DNA of 64,000 nucleotides from Escherichia coli (GTDB lineage Bacteria; Pseudomonadota; Gammaproteobacteria; Enterobacterales; Enterobacteriaceae): NCBI RefSeq assembly GCF_001677475.2, contig NZ_CP015229.1; one strand, 5' to 3'. Shown piece by piece: positions 58,318 to 64,000 of this stretch (position 1 is its first letter; each line of letters starts with the position of its first letter). The notes under the pieces were generated by a model. It saw only the letters and a program-made list of their open reading frames with translations, ran no database searches and was not told where the DNA came from. The position numbers and the translations under genes were made by a program.

Positions 58318-59020
58318 CAGGAGTGACCTCATCGGTGGATGGCGCGGGCTTTTCACCCTCGTGCGGCGTATCCGGCGAGAAATTTCCAGCCGGTTTGCGG
58401 GTCGAGAGCTGGCGTTCAATATCGGTCAGGTTTTCCAGCTTGCGGGTGGTGAGTTCCAGTTGCTGCTGTAGAACGTGATGTTGCTGGCGCAAAGTATCCA
58501 GCTCGCTGTCGCTGGACTGCTGGAGTTTGCTGTAGCGTTGGCGCTCTTCCGCCAGTTGCAGTTGCAGCGCCTGACCGTCGCGCCAGAGTTGATACAGTGG
58601 GCGAACCTGTGCCGGGATCTCGGTACTTAACACATCAATACGCGCGACCAGCTGGCGGCGCTCATACGGCGTAATTTTGGCATCGGCGAGCAAAATCCCT
58701 TGTTTAAAGGTATTTTGCCAGCTGCCGTCATCATATTGGCGGGCTTGCTGACGCGACTGCGCAGGCATTAAACGATCAGCACAATCCATCGCCCGCAGCC
58801 AGTAAAGCGGATTGGTTTCGGTTGATTTACCTTGCAGCGCCCAGATGTCGCTACATTCAGTTGAAAGATAGTCAGCCAGTTGATAAACCGGAATTTTTTC
58901 TTCTGCTGGCGTATCAATAGCTGGCTTATTGTGACTCTGCACGCAACCCAGCAATGCCAGACATGGCAGCCCTGCCAGCCATAGCCGTCGGGGCAATAAT
59001 CGTTGAAAAATGTGTCGCAT
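58307..59020 (-). CDS. qseG: Outer-membrane lipoprotein QseG (YfhG)
   Basis: About 237-aa ORF with lipobox; 11-bp overlap with glrR. Confidence 0.85.
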   Translation of the reverse strand: MRHIFQRLLPRRLWLAGLPCLALLGCVQSHNKPAIDTPAEEKIPVYQLADYLSTECSDIWALQGKSTETNPLYWLRAMDCADRLMPAQSRQQARQYDDGSWQNTFKQGILLADAKITPYERRQLVARIDVLSTEIPAQVRPLYQLWRDGQALQLQLAEERQRYSKLQQSSDSELDTLRQQHHVLQQQLELTTRKLENLTDIERQLSTRKPAGNFSPDTPHEGEKPAPSTDEVTPDEP

Positions 59021-59184
59021 ATTCACCAGACTTAAAGCCTATCCCAGTGGGCGTAGTTGTTGCAGACAGTTTGGACATGGACAGCGCGGAGAAACCGGAG
59101 CGTACACGTCGTACGTGAGGATTTCGAGCACTGCCCAGGGCCAAACTGACAAATAAAATAGCCTGATGGGATAGGCTGTTAGCA

Positions 59185-60612
59185 TTATTTCGTGTTTTTC
59201 GACGACGGCAATTCAATGCGGAAGCAAACGTCTTGCCCGCTCTCGTCGACCAGATACAGTTCCCCTTGCATACGGCGAATACAATCCCTGGCAATGCTTA
59301 ATCCCAGACCGCTGCCCTTCACCGCCCCTTTTCGCTGGTGGCTTCCCTGAAAAAAGGGTTCGAAGATCATGGCGCGTTCCTCTTGCGGAATGGGCGTGCC
59401 TGTATTGATGACATCAATATAAACCCGCGCACCATGTAAACTGCTACGAAGGCAAATGTTACCGGATTCAACCCCGTAGTGCACCGCATTGGAGTAAAGA
59501 TTATCCAGTACGCTCATCAGCAGCATTGGCTCCGCCAGGCAAGCTGTTGCTTTGAGATCGACGTCGGTATGCATCATTTTAGCCCGTGCGGGCAGGCTAT
59601 GAGCAGAAACCACTGTCTCCACCAGCGGTGCTAACTCAACATTCTCCAGTTCCACCGCACTGTCCGCCTGTTTACGGTTGTAATCAAGCAGTTGTTCGAT
59701 CAGTTTTTGCAAATTGCGGCTGCTGCTATCAAGAATGCTCACCACCTCTTTTTGCTCTGGCGTAAGCGTCCCGACAACCTGATCAGCCAGTAATTCAGTG
59801 CCCTCGCGCATACTCGCCAGTGGCGTTTTTAATTCATGAGATAAATGTCTTAAAAATTGATGGCGTTGGGATTCCAGCCATGACAGGCGCTCACTTAACC
59901 AAAGAATACGTTGCCCAACCGAGCGTAACTCGCTCGGTCCACTGAACGAAACGCTATTGCCCAGAGAACGCCCTTCCCCCAACCGGTTGATCATCCTCTC
60001 GATATTTTTCACCGGACCAATAATCATCCGCGTGAAAAGCAGTACCATTACCAGACTCACCAGAAATAGCACCAGCGATTGCCAACCAAAATATTGCCCA
60101 CGTTCGGCGATTTCACGCTGAAGTTGCTGCCCACGAGAGAACACCACTGTGCGCGTGGCCTGCACCATTTCGGTATTGGCACTGGCAAAGGCTTCAAGAC
60201 GCGCAGCGGCGGCAGCATCGGGACCACTGTTGTTACACTGAAGTTGAGCCAGATTGTTCAAATCCTGACGCAATGCCTGGTAAAGTTTATCGTCTGGCAG
60301 TACGCCTGCGTGGGCATCGAGCATTTCGCTGTAACGCTTGCGCTGGCTTTGATAAACCTTCGCAAGCGTAGGGTCATCCAGCACGCAATACTGACGGTAG
60401 CTACGCTCCATCTCAAGCGCCGCGTTGGTCATTGCTTCGCTGCGCCGGGCATCGATAAGCGTGGTGCGGTTGACCAGCGCCGCCTGGTCGCTAAGCGCAT
60501 TCAGGCTTTGCCAGGCTTGCCATGCCAGCACCAACAGGGGTAGCAGAATCAGCAAAAATGCCAGCATTACCAGTTGTCGTAATGAGCGGGGAAAAACGGG
60601 CCAGCGTTTCAA
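59185..60612 (-). CDS. glrK: Sensor histidine kinase GlrK (QseE/YfhK)
   Basis: TTG start (MKRWPVFPRSLRQ...) gives 475 aa; H-box LSHELKTPL; the track ORF runs upstream into glmY. Confidence 0.88.
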   Translation of the reverse strand: MKRWPVFPRSLRQLVMLAFLLILLPLLVLAWQAWQSLNALSDQAALVNRTTLIDARRSEAMTNAALEMERSYRQYCVLDDPTLAKVYQSQRKRYSEMLDAHAGVLPDDKLYQALRQDLNNLAQLQCNNSGPDAAAAARLEAFASANTEMVQATRTVVFSRGQQLQREIAERGQYFGWQSLVLFLVSLVMVLLFTRMIIGPVKNIERMINRLGEGRSLGNSVSFSGPSELRSVGQRILWLSERLSWLESQRHQFLRHLSHELKTPLASMREGTELLADQVVGTLTPEQKEVVSILDSSSRNLQKLIEQLLDYNRKQADSAVELENVELAPLVETVVSAHSLPARAKMMHTDVDLKATACLAEPMLLMSVLDNLYSNAVHYGVESGNICLRSSLHGARVYIDVINTGTPIPQEERAMIFEPFFQGSHQRKGAVKGSGLGLSIARDCIRRMQGELYLVDESGQDVCFRIELPSSKNTK

Positions 60613-60667
60613 GGTGTTACTCTCGTCAGACGCGAATAGCCTGATGCTAACCGAGGGGAAGTTCAGA

Positions 60668-60854
60668 TACAACAAAGCCGGGAATTACCCGGCTTTGTTA
60701 TGGAATAAGGCGGTGCCTAACTCGACGTTTCGCCCGATGGTTGATATAGCTACGCTGATATCAGAAGTTGGACGGCAGGCACCTTGTTGTGCGTCATTCG
60801 AATTTTATGTAGCACGTCCCGAAGGGGCTGACATAAGTCGGTGAATGAGCCACT
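60668..60854 (-). ncRNA. glmY: GlmY small RNA (SroF/Tke1), about 187 nt including intrinsic terminator
   Basis: Minus strand reads AGTGGCTCATTCACCGACTTATGTCAGCCCCTTCGGGACGTGC...AAAGCCGGGTAATTCCCGGCTTTGTTG, matching the GlmY sequence as I recall it; terminator hairpin at 60674..60696. Confidence 0.8.
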
Positions 60855-60885
60855 GCTTACTATTATGCAGTAACTGTGCCAATAA
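60855..60885 (-). promoter_or_regulatory. glmY promoter: sigma54 -24/-12 element TGGCAC-N5-CTGCA overlapping a sigma70 -10 (CATAAT)
   Basis: ttggcacagttactgcataatagtaagc immediately upstream of the GlmY 5' end. Confidence 0.6.
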
Positions 60886-60970
60886 AGAAAATAGTTTGGT
60901 AACGTACTGATTATACGTTGTTTTGAGGGATTTATGGCTTCTTCGCTATTTGAATGTAAATCAGCCACTG

Positions 60971-60988
60971 TGTCGCTAAAAAGAGACA
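60971..60988. promoter_or_regulatory. GlrR binding site (TGTC-N10-GACA), site 1 of 3
   Basis: tgtcgctaaaaagagaca. Confidence 0.6.
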
Positions 60989-61033
60989 ACTTAAGATAAA
61001 CTTATTAGATTACAATAAAATCAATCATTTAAG

Positions 61034-61051
61034 TGTCGCCAGAAAGCGACA
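61034..61051. promoter_or_regulatory. GlrR binding site (TGTC-N10-GACA), site 2 of 3
   Basis: tgtcgccagaaagcgaca. Confidence 0.6.
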
Positions 61052-61066
61052 CGGTAAACCACCCAT

Positions 61067-61084
61067 TGTCGTGATTTACAGACA
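61067..61084. promoter_or_regulatory. GlrR binding site (TGTC-N10-GACA), site 3 of 3
   Basis: tgtcgtgatttacagaca. Confidence 0.6.
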
Positions 61085-61110
61085 CAAAAAAGCTCCCTGA
61101 GTTGGGAGCT
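61085..61110 (-). terminator. Rho-independent terminator of purL
   Basis: agctccc-aactca-gggagct followed by TTTTTT on the minus strand. Confidence 0.55.
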
Positions 61111-61130
61111 TATAATAGCGGTTGGTATTT

Positions 61131-61166
61131 AATGCCGGATGCGGCGTGAATGCCTCATCCGGGCTG
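61131..61166. repeat. REP element downstream of purL
   Basis: aatgccggatgcggcgtgaatgcctcatccgggct. Confidence 0.75.
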
Positions 61167-61187
61167 CAAAACCAATGGGCTGACGAC

Positions 61188-64000
61188 TTACCCCAACTGC
61201 TTACGTGCATTGCGGAAAATGCGCATCCATGGGCCATCCTCGCCCCAGTTTTCCGGATGCCAGGAGTTGCTGACAGTACGGAAAACACGTTCCGGGTGCG
61301 GCATCATAATGGTGACTCGACCGCTTTCAGTCGTGACCGCCGTAATACCGTTCGGAGAACCGTTCGGGTTAGCCGGGTAGGTTTCAGTGACTTTGCCGAA
61401 GTTATCGACATAGCGCAGTGCCACCAGCCCTTTGCTTTCCAGTGCCGCCAGATGCGCCGCATCACGCACTTCCACGCGCCCTTCACCATGAGAGACAGCA
61501 ATCGGCATTTGCGAGCCCACCATCCCCTGCAACAGCAGCGACGGGCTTTGGGTCACTTCAACCAGGCTGAAACGCGCTTCAAAGCGATCGGAGGTATTGC
61601 GCACAAAACGTGGCCACAACTCACTACCTGGGATCAGTTCACGCAGATTAGACATCATCTGGCAACCGTTACATACCCCCAGCGCCAGCGTTTGCGAACG
61701 GTGGAAGAAGGTTGCAAACTCATCGCGTACACGGTCATTGAACAGGATAGACTTCGCCCAACCTTCACCGGCACCCAGCACATCACCGTAGGAGAAACCA
61801 CCGCACGCGACCAGGGCGTGGAAATCCTCCAGTCCCGTGCGTCCAGTCAGCAGGTCGCTCATATGCACGTCGATAGCATCAAAGCCCGCACGGTGGAAAG
61901 CTGCCGCCATTTCAACATGCGAGTTCACGCCCTGCTCACGCAGTACGGCAACTTTCGGACGTGCGCCAGTGGCAATATACGGTGCTGCCACATCTTCGTT
62001 GATATCGAACGACAGTTTTACATTCAGGCCCGGATCGGCGTCGTTAGATTTCGCCTGATGCTCCTGATCGGCACACTCCGGGTTGTCACGCAGGCGCTGC
62101 ATCTGCCAGGTAGTTTCTGCCCACCAGACACGCAACGTAGTGCGGCTTTCGCTGAATACAGTCTGCCCGTTGGCGGTAATCACAAAACGGTCACCGGAAA
62201 CCGCCTGGCCAACATAATGGACGCAATCAGCAAGCCCATGCTTTGCCAGTACCGCTTCAACTGCTTCACGGTCAGCGGCTCGAACCTGAATCACCGCCCC
62301 CAGTTCTTCGTTAAACAGCGCCGCCAGGCGATCGTCACCCAGTGTGGCGATATTCGCTTCAATGCCGCAATGACCGGCAAACGCCATTTCCGCCAGCGTT
62401 ACCAGCAGGCCGCCATCAGAGCGGTCGTGATACGCCAGCAGCTTACGCTGTGCAACCAGCGCCTGAATCGCGTCATAGAAGCCTTTCAGTTGCGCGACGT
62501 CGCGTACATCTGCCGGTTTGTCGCCAAGCTGACGATAAACCTGCGCCAGCGCCGTTGCGCCCAGCGCGTTATTGCCTTTGCCCAAATCAATCAGCAGCAG
62601 TGCGTTATCTTCGGTAGAAAGCTGCGGCGTGATGGTGTGACGTACATCTTCCACGCGGGCAAATGCGGAAATCACCAGCGACAGCGGCGACGTCATTTCG
62701 CGCTCTTCGTTACCTTCCTGCCAGCGGGTTTTCATCGACATAGAGTCTTTACCCACCGGGATCGTCAGGCCCAGCGCCGGACAAAGCTCTTCGCCCACAG
62801 CTTTAACGGCTTCATACAGGCCCGCATCTTCGCCTGGATGACCTGCCGCTGCCATCCAGTTCGCGGAAAGTTTAATGCGTTTGATATCGCCAATCTGTGT
62901 TGCGGCAATATTGGTTAACGCTTCACCGACCGCCAGACGGGCAGATGCGGCGAAATCCAGCAGCGCAACCGGCGCACGCTCGCCAATTGCCATCGCTTCG
63001 CCGTAGTAGCTATCGAGGCTGGCGGTAGTGACCGCGCAGTTAGCGACCGGCACCTGCCACGGACCAACCATCTGATCGCGCGCCACCATGCCGGTTACGC
63101 TGCGGTCACCGATGGTCACCAGGAAAGTTTTCTCTGCCACAGTCGGCAGATGCAGTACGCGTTTCACCGCGTCAGCAATGGTGATCCCTTCACGGGCCAG
63201 CGCATCGCCCTTCGCTTTCAGCGTTTGTACATCGCGGGTCATTTTCGGCGTTTTACCAAGCAGCACGTCCAGCGGCAGATCGATTGGCTGATTATCAAAA
63301 TGACGATCGTGCAGAGAAAGATGCAGTTCTTCAGTCGCTTCACCAATCACCGCGTAGGGTGCGCGTTCACGCTTACACAGTTCGTCAAACAGCGGTAACT
63401 GATCGGCAGCAACCGCCAGCACGTAGCGTTCCTGGGATTCGTTACACCAGATTTCCAGCGGGCTCATGCCCGGTTCGTCGCTCAGAATATCGCGCAGTTC
63501 GAATTTACCGCCGCGCCCGCCGTCGCTCACCAGTTCCGGCATGGCGTTAGAAAGACCGCCTGCGCCAACGTCGTGGATAAACAGGATTGGGTTGGCATCA
63601 CCAAGCTGCCAGCAACGGTCGATCACTTCCTGGCAGCGACGCTCCATCTCCGGGTTGTCGCGCTGTACGGAAGCAAAGTCGAGGTCCGCATCAGACTGAC
63701 CAGATGCCATGGAAGACGCCGCGCCGCCGCCAAGACCGATGTTCATTGCCGGGCCGCCGAGAACGACCAGCTTCGCACCAACGTTGATCTCGCCTTTTTG
63801 TACGTGATCGGCGCGAATGTTGCCGATCCCACCCGCCAGCATGATCGGTTTGTGATAACCGCGCAGCTCTTCGCCATTGTGGCTGTTCACTTTTTCTTCA
63901 TAAGTACGGAAGTAGCCGTTCAGTGCCGGGCGACCAAATTCGTTGTTAAACGCCGCGCCGCCCAGCGGGCCTTCGGTCATGATGTCCAGCGCGGTGACAA
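61188..64000 (-). CDS. purL: Phosphoribosylformylglycinamidine synthase PurL, C-terminal about 937 codons (5' end beyond window)
   Basis: Long ORF reaching the window end; C-terminal glutamine amidotransferase domain (GVCNGCQMM). Confidence 0.93.
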   Translation of the reverse strand, partial: VTALDIMTEGPLGGAAFNNEFGRPALNGYFRTYEEKVNSHNGEELRGYHKPIMLAGGIGNIRADHVQKGEINVGAKLVVLGGPAMNIGLGGGAASSMASGQSDADLDFASVQRDNPEMERRCQEVIDRCWQLGDANPILFIHDVGAGGLSNAMPELVSDGGRGGKFELRDILSDEPGMSPLEIWCNESQERYVLAVAADQLPLFDELCKRERAPYAVIGEATEELHLSLHDRHFDNQPIDLPLDVLLGKTPKMTRDVQTLKAKGDALAREGITIADAVKRVLHLPTVAEKTFLVTIGDRSVTGMVARDQMVGPWQVPVANCAVTTASLDSYYGEAMAIGERAPVALLDFAASARLAVGEALTNIAATQIGDIKRIKLSANWMAAAGHPGEDAGLYEAVKAVGEELCPALGLTIPVGKDSMSMKTRWQEGNEEREMTSPLSLVISAFARVEDVRHTITPQLSTEDNALLLIDLGKGNNALGATALAQVYRQLGDKPADVRDVAQLKGFYDAIQALVAQRKLLAYHDRSDGGLLVTLAEMAFAGHCGIEANIATLGDDRLAALFNEELGAVIQVRAADREAVEAVLAKHGLADCVHYVGQAVSGDRFVITANGQTVFSESRTTLRVWWAETTWQMQRLRDNPECADQEHQAKSNDADPGLNVKLSFDINEDVAAPYIATGARPKVAVLREQGVNSHVEMAAAFHRAGFDAIDVHMSDLLTGRTGLEDFHALVACGGFSYGDVLGAGEGWAKSILFNDRVRDEFATFFHRSQTLALGVCNGCQMMSNLRELIPGSELWPRFVRNTSDRFEARFSLVEVTQSPSLLLQGMVGSQMPIAVSHGEGRVEVRDAAHLAALESKGLVALRYVDNFGKVTETYPANPNGSPNGITAVTTESGRVTIMMPHPERVFRTVSNSWHPENWGEDGPWMRIFRNARKQLG

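Noticed and set aside
60750..60989. 79-aa minus-strand ORF and a 20-codon plus-strand ORF (MASSLFECKSATVSLKRDNLR) in the glrK-purL spacer
   Set aside because: The region is occupied by the glmY sRNA, its sigma54 promoter and GlrR sites; there is no independent support for coding.
61034..61084. Hairpin-like inverted repeats first read as terminators
   Set aside because: They fit the TGTC-N10-GACA GlrR activator-site pattern and sit at the expected distance upstream of the glmY promoter; only the hairpin at 61085..61110 with a T-run is taken as the purL terminator.
61122..62918. 598-aa plus-strand ORF
   Set aside because: Antisense to purL; Arg/Gln-rich composition typical of a shadow ORF in a GC-rich gene.

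Overview
Enterobacterial chromosome segment that I recognise as the Escherichia coli der-bamB-hisS-ispG-rodZ-rlmN-ndk / pbpC-yfhM / sseA-sseB-pepB / isc-hsc-fdx / trmJ-suhB / csiE-hca / yph / glyA-hmp-glnB / glrR-qseG-glrK-glmY / purL region, in the same orientation as K-12 (identification from memory of protein sequences and gene order; no database search was run). Almost all of the window is conserved core genome with intact genes; several ORF-track entries carry N-terminal extensions and I give the internal starts that fit the known protein lengths. Three things are not K-12-like or not in the ORF track: (1) at the left edge, where K-12 has xseA next to yfgJ, there is an accessory segment encoding an intimin/invasin-family inverse autotransporter, a small paralogous secreted protein and the start of a large exported protein, resembling the Salmonella CS54 sinH-sinI-ratA arrangement, with two long perfect palindromes; (2) an intact IS3-family (IS150-group) element sits exactly in the centre of a palindromic hairpin between sseA and sseB; (3) the sRNA gene glmY with its sigma54 promoter and three GlrR sites lies between purL and glrK, plus REP/BIME and ERIC-like repeats. 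No CRISPR array, tRNA or rRNA was seen. The best candidate for a poorly described system is the left-edge adhesin island; the yphB-yphH sugar-uptake cluster is a second, functionally uncharacterised candidate.
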